Source: Azolla caroliniana
Taxonomy: Eukaryota; Plantae; Polypodiophyta
Assembly: GCA_043228905.1 (NCBI GenBank)
Contig: JBHGNT010000010.1
Coordinates: 12,276,001 to 12,340,000, forward strand
Direction of reading: 5' to 3'
Length of the DNA stretch: 64,000 bases
In this document: positions 37,201-50,200 of the stretch, piece after piece
Layout: each line of letters begins with the position of its first letter
Position numbering within the stretch: the stretch's first letter is position 1
The notes under the pieces: model-generated
What the model saw: only the letters and a program-made list of their open reading frames with translations
Database searches by the model: none
Told to the model about the DNA's origin: nothing
Made by a program: the position numbers and the translations under genes

Positions 37201-39605
37201 CCTGGAACTGCCCCCGGTATTCCCCTCTGTTATCCGCTCGTATCGCTTTCAGCTTCTTGCCGGATTCCCTTTCCACTCTCGTGTGGAGTTCTTTGAAGAC
37301 GCACAACACTTGGTCCTTTGTCTTCATCGGTGCCGTCCACAGTTTTCGGCTATGATCATCGATGAATGTTACGAAGTACTGGGCTCCGCCATGTGACTTC
37401 GTTTCTACCTGACACACATCAGTGTGCACCAACTCCAATGGTGCGCTGCGTCTCGTCGGTGGCCTTGAGTGGAAGGAGGTTCGGTTCTGCTTACCGGCCA
37501 GGCAATCGGTGCACTTCTCCAGGTGCACATGCTTCACTGGAATAAGGTTGTCTTCTGCAAGCCTCTTCATCCCCTTCTCACTCATGTGGCACAGTCTTTT
37601 GTGCCACAGCTCACCGGCAGTGTCGGCTGCCACGTTCAGCTCTTCCGGACATAACCGGGCATTCATCAGGTACAGTGTGTTGTCTTTCCGGGCCCGAGCC
37701 ACTATCAGGCTCCCCTTGCTGAACTTCATTACGCCGTTCCGGATGCTACCTGTGTAGCCTTCATCATCTAGCCTCCCGGCCGAAATCAGGTTCAATCGAA
37801 CCTCCGGAACGTGTCGGACATCCTCAGCAGCATTTTGCATCCGGTTGATGTCATCAGCCACACGTCTCCTATGCCGGCAATCCGGCATGTACCTTCATTT
37901 CCCATCCGGACACAGCCATGCTCACCGGCTGTGTAGGATGAGAAGTATTTCTTCTCCGGGGTCAGGTGGAACGACGCTCCGGAATCGACCACCCAGGTCA
38001 TCTCTTCACCGGCAAGGTTCAGCTCCCTCTCTTCGGTAATGAGCATTATCTCTTCTTCACTTGCCGCGAGTGCCGTCGTTCCTTTCCGGTCCTGCCCTCG
38101 CCGATCCGGACCTCTCCGGTCCGTGGCTCCCCGGTATGCACCGTTTCTCTCCGGTGACTTCTTCGAATCGGTGTCGTCGGCTCCGTTGTCCTTTCGGTAA
38201 TGCCGACAATTCTTCCGGAAGTGCCCCGGCTTCCCACAGTGGAAGCACGTGGGCCTTCCTCTTGACTGCGACCGGGTCCCCGACTTCTCCCGTCTTTGCG
38301 GACTCCGGTTCCATTGTCTTCCCCGTTCCGATTCGGTAAGCAGCGCCTTCGAGTCGGAGACCGGTTCTTTATCTCTCCGACGCGCTTCTTCGTTCAAAAT
38401 ACTTGTCTTTACCGTTTGTAGAGACAAGTTATCTTCGGTGCAGGAGGTGCTGAGAGTCACCACCAAGTTCTCCCAGCTATCCGGCAATGTACACATCAGA
38501 ATGATGGCTTGCATTGCATCCTCCAGCGGGAACTTGATCGCCGCAAGCTGATTCACGAATCCCATGAACGTGCTTACGTGTTCCACCATACTCTCGCCGT
38601 CCCGGTACTTGAGGTTCACTATCTTTCTCATCAGGGAGGTCCGGTTCAACGCATTCTTCCTCTCGTAGAGGCCCGACAGCTTCCGCCACATCTCATATGC
38701 GTTGGTGTCGTTCGCCACATGTTGTAGAACGCTCACGTCAACGTATTGCCGAATGGTTGCAACGGCTTTCCGGTTCAGAAGCCTCCATTCCGACTCAAGT
38801 ACCCCCTTGGGTATTTCCGACCTGTCAATCGGTTCATACAGGTCCCGAACAATGAGCAGATCCTCCATCTTTATCTTCCAGTCGGCGTAGTTCTGCGCAT
38901 TCAGCACCATCATCCCCGGCTGCCCGCTGCTGCCGCCTTCCATTTTCTGTGTTACCGTCGCTCTGATACCACTTTGTTGCAAACGGTGCTCGGCCACAAC
39001 CGAGGAATAGGATCAACTCTCAGAAAATGGGAAATACAAAGTACACGAAGACTATAGAGAGAGGAGTACACAGGATATTTTACGTGGAAAACCCTAAATG
39101 GGAAAAACCACGGGAGTCCTCAAACTCCAACTATCACTATGAACAGGGATGTACAATGGTGAAGCTTCAAGGAAACAACCTTGAGCTCACTGTCTTCGCC
39201 ACAGGCGGCGGCAATACACAGAGGCAACGACCTCTTCGTCTCTCTCTCTCTCTCGCGGCTGCTCTCTTCGCTCTCCCTAGGTGAAATCAGAAAAATGAGC
39301 AACAACATCAAAACTGTTTGCCCTAAGTCATATTTATACACATATGACTTTCGGGCTATTTACAAATATAGCCTCAAGGGCTCTTGGCAAACATATTCAC
39401 AAATATGTCCCCGCATCCGGATCTCTCTCCGGGTACATTCGTCATCCGGCTCCGTAACCGGGGTCTTCATCATCCGGCTCCGTAGCCGGGGTCTTCGTCA
39501 TCCGGCTCCGTAACCGGGGTCTTCATCATCCGGCTCCGTAACCGCAACCGGGCTTGCCGTCATTCATCTCCGGACATCCCATCCGGAGGGACCGTAATCC
39601 CAACA
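34230..39605 (-). mobile_element. Very young full-length Ty1/Copia element E (Tnt1/Tork-like)
   Basis: 631-bp LTRs at 34230-34860 and 38975-39605, with one difference seen. TSD TAACC. PBS TGGTATCAGAGC at 38960-38971. PPT AGGGGGAG at 34863-34870. Confidence 0.97.
34871..38943 (-). CDS. Copia Gag-Pol of element E, with a single frameshift at about 37825
   Basis: CFHCGKPGHFRKNC, VDSGAS, WHKRLCH, YVDD and SRTKHI, in the order PR-INT-RT-RH. Confidence 0.95.
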
Positions 39606-42600
39606 TAACCTTTGCGCCTACCTATCTACTTTACGACAAGGGACGTGCCCACGTGTAAGGGCCGGTTCACACACATTATACACGGTTTGCACCTGGGGAC
39701 GGTTTTCTTCACGACATCCGCCCCCACCTAACCGCGCATCCACCGGTATGCGCAAAAATTGGGTTCCTATGGGAGAAAACCGATCCTTGTTTTTATTCCT
39801 CGTTTACCGGTTCATCCTCCGCCTCGGGCTGCTCGTCGTCGCTGTCTATGCCTCCTAGCCCCGGATCCCCGTCGTGTCGTTTCTTGAACGCTTTGATCCT
39901 CTTCCCCGCTACCGGTATCGCCATTCTCGTACCGTCGAGCTCCGCGAGATGGTACGTCCCATTGCCGTTGGCGCCTGTTACAACGTAAGGCCCGAACCAC
40001 CTCCTCGCAAACTTCCGCGTGGCCCTGTGCTGATTATCGAGGCTGCTGTCGTAGACTAGCACGCAGTCTCCTTCCTCGATCTTCCTTGGCCTGGACCGGT
40101 GTGTTCAGTCGAACCGGGCTTTGTTCCTTATCCTCGCTACTCGAAGTTTCTCCGCGGCTCGCTCTACGTCCTCCGGCCTCCGCTGGAGCTTGTTCGATCT
40201 TAATACTTGCTTCCGCACGCTACTTTCTACCTGGTATCAGAGCGCGAGGGTTGAGAACCTCTCTGCAGCCGACACAGCTTGTCGAAGAAGAACAAGAAGA
40301 ATGATGGATAGACGAATGGCGACCTCGCTTCCAACAGAGAAGCTCGACAGAACCAACTACGCGTCTTGGTCCTACAAGATGCACTAGTACCTGCTCGGGC
40401 ACGACTACTGGAGTTATGTCGAAGGAGCTAATGACGCGGCACCCGAATCGACACACAGAGACTTCCCGTCGTGGGAGCAATCGGCGAGCAGGGTATTGTA
40501 CTGCTTCGCGGCGTGGGTGGGCGAACAACTATTGAGCTATGTTCTGGATGCAAAGACGCCAAAGGGTGCGTGGGAAAATCTGAAGAAGATTTTCGCCGCA
40601 AGCACCACAGCCAGGAAGCTTCAGCTCCGACAGGAGTTGAGCAACCTACGACAACGCGACTTGTCGGTGGCGGACTATACCTCGAAGATCAAGGATATCT
40701 GCGACTCCCTCGCCTCCATAGAGGTGAACATTGAGGAGAGCGAGATGGTCCAGATCTGTCTCGGAGGTTTGGCATCGAAGTTCGGAGCGTTCCGAACGGC
40801 TGTGTGTACCCGGGAGAATACGCCGTCCTTCTTTGACTTACACTCAATGCTCCTGGTAGAGGAGAACCACGCGGGTCCGTCTACAAGCACGCACACCGAC
40901 AGCAGAATGTTGTACACGGAGGGAGATAGGCCCCGTGGATGTGGAGGACGAGGCGAGTCGGGGCGCAATGAAGGCGGCCGACGAGATCAGGGAAGAAGGC
41001 ACCGAAGTGATGTCGACAGCAACTCCGGACCCTTCGGAAACAGGGGGAGTCGAAGCGATGAGAACCGGCAAGGGAAGTCCATCGCGGAGTGTTGGTACTG
41101 TGGCAAGAAAGGCCACAGGGAAAGTGAGTGCTGGAAGAAGCGCGCCGATTCGGAGAGAATTGGTTCCGGGAACGGCTCCAGACATACCGACAAGGGAAAT
41201 CGGCAGCGATCGCACTACACCGAAGACTCCGGGAGAGCCGGAGAAGGGACTGCCTTCGTGACGAGACACGAAGCAAACTCAATGAAACAGACCACCCCGA
41301 GATCGGACGAGGTGTGGTACGTAGACTCCGGCGCGTCAAACCACATGACGAGCCATAAGGAGTGGTTCTCGTACCTTGAAAAACCGATACAACCTGGAGT
41401 AGTCGCAACTGGAGACGACACTCCGCATCCGGTCGCGAATGTCGGAGAAGTTCCCCTTAGCCATGTCGGGCAGAAAGGGAAACTCATGAACGTGCTGCAC
41501 GTCCCGACAATCATGAAAAACTTGGTCTCGGTCGGACAGATCGTTGACCAAGGGATGGAGGTTCGGTTTACACACCTCAGGTGCTTCATTGAGGAAGAAG
41601 GCTGTGTGATTGCGCAAGGGCGCAGAGACGGGAGGATGTTCATCCTCGACTCCACTGACGGCGGCACCGCAATGTTCGCAAAGGGACAAAAGACCGAGTC
41701 GGACATCGACTTGTGGCACAAGCGGATAGGCCACGTCAACCACCAACGGCTTCAAGATCTGCAATCGAAACAGGTAGTATTCGGATTGCCCAAATTTAGT
41801 GGCCGAAAGGCACAAATTTGTGAAGCCTACCAGCTCGGGAAGCAACACCGACTTCCTTTCCCCAATGAGTGAAACCGGAGCCGGAACAAGCTCGACCTTA
41901 TACAGTCCGATGTGTGGGGGCCGGCACAAAACGTTAGTCTTGGCGGGAGCCGATATTTCGTCTCCTTCATCGACGACCACACACGGCACACGCGGATCTA
42001 CCTCATTGAGAGGAAGAGCGAAGTCTTCGATTGTTTCCGGGACCTCAAAGGGTTCGTGGAAACCGAAACGGGACGAAAGATCAAGTGCCTGCGGTCGGAT
42101 GGCGGGAAAGAGTACTTTTCCGGTCAATTCAACGGTTACCTACAACAAATAGGAATTCGCCGCGAATTCAGTTGTAGATACACGTCGAAGCAGAACGGCG
42201 TGGCCGAGAGAAAGAATCGGTCAGTTGTGGAAACGGCACGGGCAATGCTGGAGGAGAAGAGCTTGCCCAAGTTCTACTGGGCCGAGGCGGTAAGGACCGC
42301 GGTATACATCCAGAACCGGATCGGAGACAAAGTGTCGGCGCACGAGCTATATTTCGAAACGAAGCCGAACTTGCGACACTTGAGGGTGTTCGGCAGCATT
42401 GCGTATGTGCATGTACCGAAGGAGAAAAGGAGGAAGCTGGACGCAAAGGCCAAGAAATGCATCTTGGTCGGTTACTCGGATGAGCAGAAGGGTTATAAGT
42501 GCTATAACCCTCGCTCCAAACAAGCGCGTGTCAGTCTCGACGTTGTGTTTGACGAGTCCGCGTCCTGGTACCAGCCCCTGACTCGGAACCCCGACTCCAA

Positions 42601-44270
42601 TACAAGCTCTGACGATGAGGTCAGCGAGGCCGAGATGCCTCCGGATGAGCCCGAAATCGAGACCCGCGAAGAGAGTCCGATTTCACTCCGGTTAAGTGGA
42701 CCGATTGGACGACTGAGTCGGTACGACCAGTCCGATAAAGATCCGGCGAGTAGTGGAGACTCAGCCGTGCATTCCCCGCGCAGGAAGCCGAGGAGACGGC
42801 TTACGCGCAAAGAGAAAGGGAAGAAGGTGTCGGATTCCGGCACGGATAGGAACGAGTCAGACCGACGCGAGTCCGACTCCGGGGGAACCGGTGACGGGTC
42901 TTTAAAGGTAAAGACCGCGTCGACCGAGAAGTCCTCGACATCGGCTAATATGAGATTACGCCGATCTACCCGCCAGAAGAATCCTGTTTTGCGGTTTGGA
43001 TACAACGAGTACATGGCGCATCATTATGCGTACATGACCCGCGTAGCGGAAGTGCGTGAGCCGGAGAGCTACGCAGAAGCGGCTAAAGACGCGAATTGGC
43101 GTGCCGCGATGGAGGAAGAGATGCACGCATTGGCGGAGAACGAGACCTGGGACTTGGTTGACGCACCAAGAGGGGTAAAGCCGATCGGGTGTAGGTGGGT
43201 GTACAAGGTCAAGTACAACACCGATGGCTCGGTCAACCCGTACAAGGCTCGGCTAGTGGCAAAGGGCTACGCGAAGAAACACGACATCGACTACGATGAG
43301 ACGTTTGCGCCGGTCGCGAAAATGACGACCGTCCGTGTAAAGGGGTGGCACTTACATTAGATGGATGTAAAGAATGCGTTCCTGCAAGGTGACCTTGAGG
43401 AACAGGTGTACATGGTACAACCCCCCGGTTTTCACTCCGGAACGAACTCCTCGACAGTATGCCGACTTGAAGAAGTCCCTTTACGGACTAAAGCAAGCCC
43501 CGCGTGCCTGGAACGCGAAGATCACGCAACAACTGTGTGGGATGGGCTTCGTCACGTCAAAATCGGACTCTTCCCTGTTCAACCGGAAAGGTCGACTCGG
43601 ACCGGTTAGTATTTTACTATATGTTGATGACTTGGTCATCACCGGCGCCGACCTACGTGAAATCGACCGCGTGAAGCTCTAGCTTGCGGCATCGTTCGAC
43701 ATGAAGGATCTGGGGGACCTTCATTACTTCCTCAGGATCGAAGTGATCCGTACCCCCGAAGGCATATTGATCAGCCAACGTCACTACGTGCTGAGTATGC
43801 TATTCAAATTCGGGATGGCCGACTGTAAGTCAGTCTCGACTCCTCTGGACAGAACCGTCAAGCTTCGTCCCGATACGGGAAAGGTATGCGACCTGACGAG
43901 GTTCTGAGAAATTGTTGGAAGCCTCATATACTTGACCATCACCCGAACCAACCTCAGTTATCCGGTCGGGGTGATCAGTCAGTTCATGGCGCGACCTACC
44001 GAGGAGCACCTTCAGTGTGCGCAACGCGTACTTCGGTACGTAAATGGCACTAAGGACCGCAGACTGCTATATCGGACCGGTGCAGCCGCGCAGTTAGTCG
44101 GCTACACCGATGCTGATTGGGTTGGCAACGCCGCCGATCGCCGATCCACGTTTGGATACGCGTTCTCCCTTGGGAGTGCCGCGATCGCGTGGAGCAGTAA
44201 GAAGCAGCCGCGACAGTTGCACTGTCGAGCACCGAAGCTGAGTACCGAGGAGCGGCTGTCGCGACATGCG

Positions 44271-47200
44271 TGTTGTCTGTCTGGCCGGACTAGCCTCAAC
44301 ACAGGTGTCTATCCGACACTTCTCCAAAGGGGTGGTAAGGATTGGATGCTAGGTTACACGCGTAAGATGATTACAATTAAGCACAGACGGTAAACAATAC
44401 GGGATACAGATAAACACGCAATAATTACTATTGTATTACTTCCGTCAAAACCCTTTACAAATCATCGGATCCTTTTATAGGCATTCGGCAAGGTTACAAT
44501 CGGTGCGCTTAGGCAACCGACATCCGAATCGGTCCGGATCCGGATCGGTACCACTGTACCGGATCCGTCCCTCTGAATAATAATTCTACTATTATTTACT
44601 TCCTATTATCCGATCCGATTCCGCCTTCCCACTTGTCCTTGCTCTTCTGATCGGCCAACACATGGCACGCTCGTGGGAAAGTGCCTTGCACTTCGAATCC
44701 ACTCCCGGCCTTAGTCTTCCTCCAAAATATCGAGCACACTTTGCTCGATGGTGTCAAGTGGTGCTTCTTCCTCCTGTTCCTGTTCCTTGCCTGCCTGGTC
44801 TCCGACCTCCGGTTGGGTAGGCTGTTCCGTAAAATTTGCTGCTCCGGCTCTGCTTGATTCTGTGGTGTCGGTGCTTCCTCACCACTTCGTCCGGGTTCTT
44901 CTTGTTCTCCCTCCGTTCCTGGCTCTGTTCTGTTACCGGTGTCGCTTTCTCCGGTCTCGACTGGTCGACTCGATATGCCTCCTTCCTCTGCTCTGGTGTC
45001 TTCCGGTCTCAGCTCTTCTTCTTCTCCAGCATCGGTCTGCTCCTGCTCTTCTTCAAGTTCGTCTTCGGGTATTCCTCGTCGGGGTTGTTCGGTGTCGGTT
45101 GGTTCATCTTCAGCCGGTCGCTCTCCCTCACTTATCGTGATTGGCGTCGTTCTTCCCTTAGCTTCCTGTCGTAACCGGTCCTGCTCGTATCTCTCCAACT
45201 CCAACTGAGTTGCGAGCTGCCCGTCATCCAACCTCTCTACCAACCCTCGGATTTCTTTGAGGTGTTCTTCTGCTAAAGTGTAGAAATCCTCCGACAATTC
45301 TTCCCCAATGGCGACGATACTTTCTTCATCCATCTTGTAGAACTTGTCACCGGTCTTCCTCCGATTCTCGGCATCTGCTCGGAGTGTCTGCAGCTCGGCT
45401 GCCTGTTGTGACCACTCCTTCCATAGCTTTTCCGTACTTTCGTTGATGCTTGCTTGAGCTCGGGTACTCCATCCTGACATGATGAGCTTGATCCGGTCAA
45501 CCCCTGCCTTAGCATGTGCATAAGCTTCCTGCTTTTCCTTCCTTTCCCGTTTTATAATGTCGGCCATTATCTGAGCCTGGGCCTCGTAATCTGCTTTCTG
45601 CTTTTCATAGGTACTCTGGAGTTTGCTGATCGTGAAGGTCGATTTTTCCTTTTCTTCATTCCTGATCTTGGTCAGGTCCAGCTTTTCCCGCCTTAGCGCC
45701 TCTAATTCCTTCCTTCTCTCCGTTGCTTGGGCTATTTCCGCCGACAATGCTTCCTTGTTGGCACTGACCTCATCCATCGCCTTAGCCAGGTCTAATCGGG
45801 TCTCTTTGAGCTGCTCTTTCAGCTTCTCTATTTGCCGGTCGTAGTCTACTGCCCGTTTTTTGTTGTCCGACTCGGCCTGCTTGTGATCTCGGTAGAGACG
45901 GTCGAAGTCCTCCGTCTTCTGCTTCAGGCGTCGGGTTGCCTGAGCTCTTAACCGATCGTCCCGGTCCTTCTGTTGTCGGAGTTCTTCCTGCAGTCGTTCT
46001 ATCTCTTGCTCGGCATGTCGACGTAGTCGGTCCTTCTCCTTTTGCAGCTTCTCTTTTTCTTCTTGCAGTCGGTCATTAGCGGCTCGACCTTTCCGGAGGC
46101 CTTCTTCCATTTTTCGTCTGTCGTCCTCCACCGCTTTCCGCTGCTCCCTTTCTCTTTCCCTTAATGCCTCCTGAGCTTTTAACTCCTCTCGTAAGGTTTC
46201 TATTATTTTTTCGGTGTCAGGGCCGGTTTGCAAGGCTACCGGTTCCGGTTCCGGTTCTAGTTGCTTCCTTGTTGTCCCGACCGGCTCGGTGACAACTTGT
46301 GCTTGTTGAATTCCTTCCCTTGCCTGCAACAGCTCCCCTTGCATTTCCTCGATCTGTGTTCGGAGCGCAACCAACTCCTGAGTTGTTGTATGCGTCAGCT
46401 GTTGCCTACACGTTTCTTCTTTCTCTAACTGGTCCGCTACTCCCGATAACTGCTCCGAAAGCCATCTCAGCCATTGTGGCTTTGTTCTTCCGGTGTCGGG
46501 CTGGCCTTGCTCACTTAAGTCAGACTGATTTTCCGGCCTCTTCTCTGGCTCTGGCTCCGGCGCTTGTTCCTTCTTCTTCTCTGGGATGACCGGTTCTCTG
46601 AAGTCTGGCCCAACCGGTGTCGATGCTGCTTCCCTGGGTACGGGTTCCGGTGTTGTTTCCGCCTCGGCTACTGGAGATGGTCCTTGCGCCCTCAGCTGAG
46701 TTCTGTCCACTGGTGGAGCCGGTCCTTTCGCCCGTTTCTTCCGACCTTGTCTTGCTGGGAGTCTTACCAGTGGTTCGGATGAGTCTTCTGTTTCAGCTTC
46801 CTCCTCCGGTGCGGTTACCAGACGGACCTTTTGTATAAAGACCTCTGGTTCCGGTTCCGGCCGTCGCAGCGTTATATGGATTGGTTTGCGTGCTACCGGT
46901 TCCTCCTCGGCCGATTTCCCTTTGCCTTTACCTGCTGGTTTTGCCTTTGTTGCCGGTTCCTGTTGCTGTCGGGATGGTCCTTCCCCCTACTGTTCTGCTT
47001 CTTACTGGGTCCATCCGGGGGTGTGTTTCTCCAAGATCTGTCGGCGCTTTGTGACCTTTTTCGGCGTCGTCTCCTGCCGACCTCTTTTCTTTTGTGTGAT
47101 GGGGAGCACCGGTGGGACTAACACCGTTAGCCATTGTGCTATCCCGGCCCATGGATTTTTTCCTTCCACAAGATTTTTGATGGCCTCCTTCAATCCTTCG

Positions 47201-50200
47201 GTTATGAAATGGAGCCAGTCTATTTGTAAGCCCTCGTACACTGCTATTAAGAACGCTGCCCGGTACTTGGCTATGGCCGGGGGACGGGGATTCACGAATC
47301 CGTATTCCATCATGGCGCGAGCCACTTCTCCGAACAACAGGTTCTGTCTGCCTTGCGTTCGATACGCCTTGCTACTGATAGAGTACTCCCCGAAATATTC
47401 GAACAGGATTTCACTTGAAGGGTTTTCGATTGTTTGAAGTCCTCCCGCTTTTATCCCCGTGAGCGCCTGCACCGCTCCTTCCGTGACTTCTGATATATCG
47501 ATCGATGCTGCCGCCTGCTCTGGTTCTGCGTGTGGTGGAGCGTCGGCGATCCGCAGCAATCCTTTTAACCCGTTCTCCCTCATCCATTGGCGTGCCTCTT
47601 CCGACAGTACCATTGTTTCGAATTCTTCTTCTGCTGCCTGTTGTTCGGGATCGCACTGTGTGTGCTCTGTGCGTCGGGTCGCTCTTCTGTGCTTCTGCGC
47701 CTGTATGTAGGAAAATTCGTAAAAAGTGAGCCCTTCGCAGGCCTGTGTCTTATATAGTGGGTCGTGCCTCGAGCCGCCCTTTTTCGTTTCCCGCGCATGT
47801 TCCTCTCCCGCCATAATTAGTATGTCCTTTCTTGTTTGCCGCGTGTGAGTGCCCACGTTCCATGCTTTAAATAGCAAGTACGCGCACGTCCTTCTTTAAT
47901 GCATGGCGCCTCTTCATTGCATGGTGGCGCTCCCACCTCTTGTGATCTCCCCATCATTACTATGATTCGCGTCGATTTTGCCCACGTCTTTTTTTTTTTT
48001 TTTTTTTTTCTTCTTCTTTGTTTGGACCACGTCATTTGCTGGTCCCCCCCGATTTGTTCGGGTCGGTTCGTGTGGATACCGGATCCTTCTATCGGTTCTC
48101 CGGGATAGTCTTTGTCAGTATCGGTGTCGGTTCTTCCTCGGTCCGAATATCTTCAGCAGCGTCCGTCGGTGTCGGTTCCTCATCTTGCCGGATTTCCGGG
48201 TTTTGGTTGAACGGGTTGGCTGACATATTTCCCTTATACGGCTTTAGCCGAAATCCATTTGCCCACTTGCCGATGACATCTCCAGACAACGTGCCGAGCT
48301 GATACGACCCATTGTACTCCTTGGTGATCCAGAACGGTCCGGTCCATCGAAACCGCAACTTTCCCGGCATGTTCCCCATCCGTGTCTGGAATAGTAGTAC
48401 CGGTTTCCCAACTTCGAACTCCTTTTCATTGCCACGCCGGTGTCGGTCCACGAAGGCTTTTCTCCTCCTTTGCTCCAGTTCGAGTTGTAGTAAGCTGGCT
48501 ATTCGGTTTTCCTCTAATTCCAACAACGTCGCCAGCCGGATTTGTTCGGACTCGTTCTCACTTAAGCGCTCCTTCACCTAAATCCGTAAGCTGGGGACCT
48601 GAAACTCTACCGGCATGACAGCTTCTAACCCGAATGCTAGTCGGAACGGGGTTGTCCGGATGCTGGTTTTGTACGTTGTTCGGTACGCCCATAGCGCGCT
48701 TTGCAATTTCGTATCCCAGTCGGTCCGGTTCTCGTTGACGATTTTTCGTAGGATATTTTGCAAAGTTTTGTTCGTTGATTCCGCTAGTCCATTGGCTTGA
48801 GGGTAGTCGGGAGTACTCTTTTTATGTACCACCGTGTAAAATGACGTCAGGCTTTCTACTACCTGCCCGAGAAAATGTCCTCCTTGGTCACTTATAAGCT
48901 CGATCGGGCATCCATACCGGCACCATATGCACTCGTACAGAAACTTTGCCGTGGACGCGGCCGTGTTGTCCCGTAAGGCCTTTGCTTCTACCCATTTGGT
49001 GCAATAGTCGGTCGCCACTATGACATACCGATTTCCGGTTCGCATTGCCGGTGGTTTGAAGGGACCGACAAAGTCCAACCCCCACTTTTGAAACGGTTCT
49101 AAGGGCAAGACCGGGTGGTGTGGCATCCGGGCTTGCTCTGTGGGTTGGCCCAGTCGTTGACACAAATCGCATTCTTTGCTATACTTCACGGCATCTTTTA
49201 GGGTGGTCGGCCACCACAGTCCGCTCTGCCATATTTTCCGAGCGGTTGCGTCGCCGGCATAATGCCCGCCGACAATTCCATAGTGGGCTTCCCTGAGGAT
49301 TAGATCCTTCTCATCACTCCGCACTGCTCGTCTCCAGATGCCATCTGCCCCCTTGTGATAGAGGGTGTCTCCAACCAAGCAGAAATGTCTACTTCTTACT
49401 GCTACCCTTTTCCTTTCATCGCAGTCCATGTTCTCCGGGGGAACTCCGCTGCTCAGGAACTGATGCATCTCAGTTAGCCATGTGTCTTCATCGGCTACCG
49501 TTGTATCCGTTGCCGGTTTCGTCGTGATCTGGAACAATTCGGCGTCGGGAAACTCATCCTGGACGCCGTCCCCTGCTTCTCCGGATTCGAGTCTGCTTAG
49601 GTAGTCCGCTACCGCATGCTGTGCCCTGGGTCGAATTCGAATTCCTGTAGCAGCAATGTCCACCGTGCAATTTTTCCCGTCAGGGATGCCTTCGAGACTA
49701 GGTAGAGTAGTGCCGAATGGTCGACATGGAAGGAAAACTTCCTTCCGAGCAGATAGTGCCTGTACTTTGTGACACTATACACCATTCCCAATGCCTCGCG
49801 TTCCGTCGTAGAGTAATTCCGTTCGGCTTTTGAGAGTTTCCAGCTTGAGTAGTACACCGGTCGGTACCATTTCGTCTCCGTGAGTTGCATCAGAACGTTG
49901 CCGATTGCTACGTCTGACGCGTCGACGAAGACGTGAAAGCTTTTACTCCAATCCGGCGGTTGCACCACCGGGGCTTGCGACAGCATAACCTTCAAAGCTT
50001 TGTAGGATTCCTCCTCCGTCTCCGCCCATAGGAAGGGTACCCTATGTACGGCGGTATGTAACGGTGTAGCGAAGTCCGTGAGGTGCCGTATCATCCGGCT
50101 ATGCCACCTTATTTGGCCCAGGAACCGGCTTAAAGCCTTTGCGTTACTTGGTGCTGGTGCATCGAGAATCGCCTTGACTTTATCCGGATCTACCGCGATT

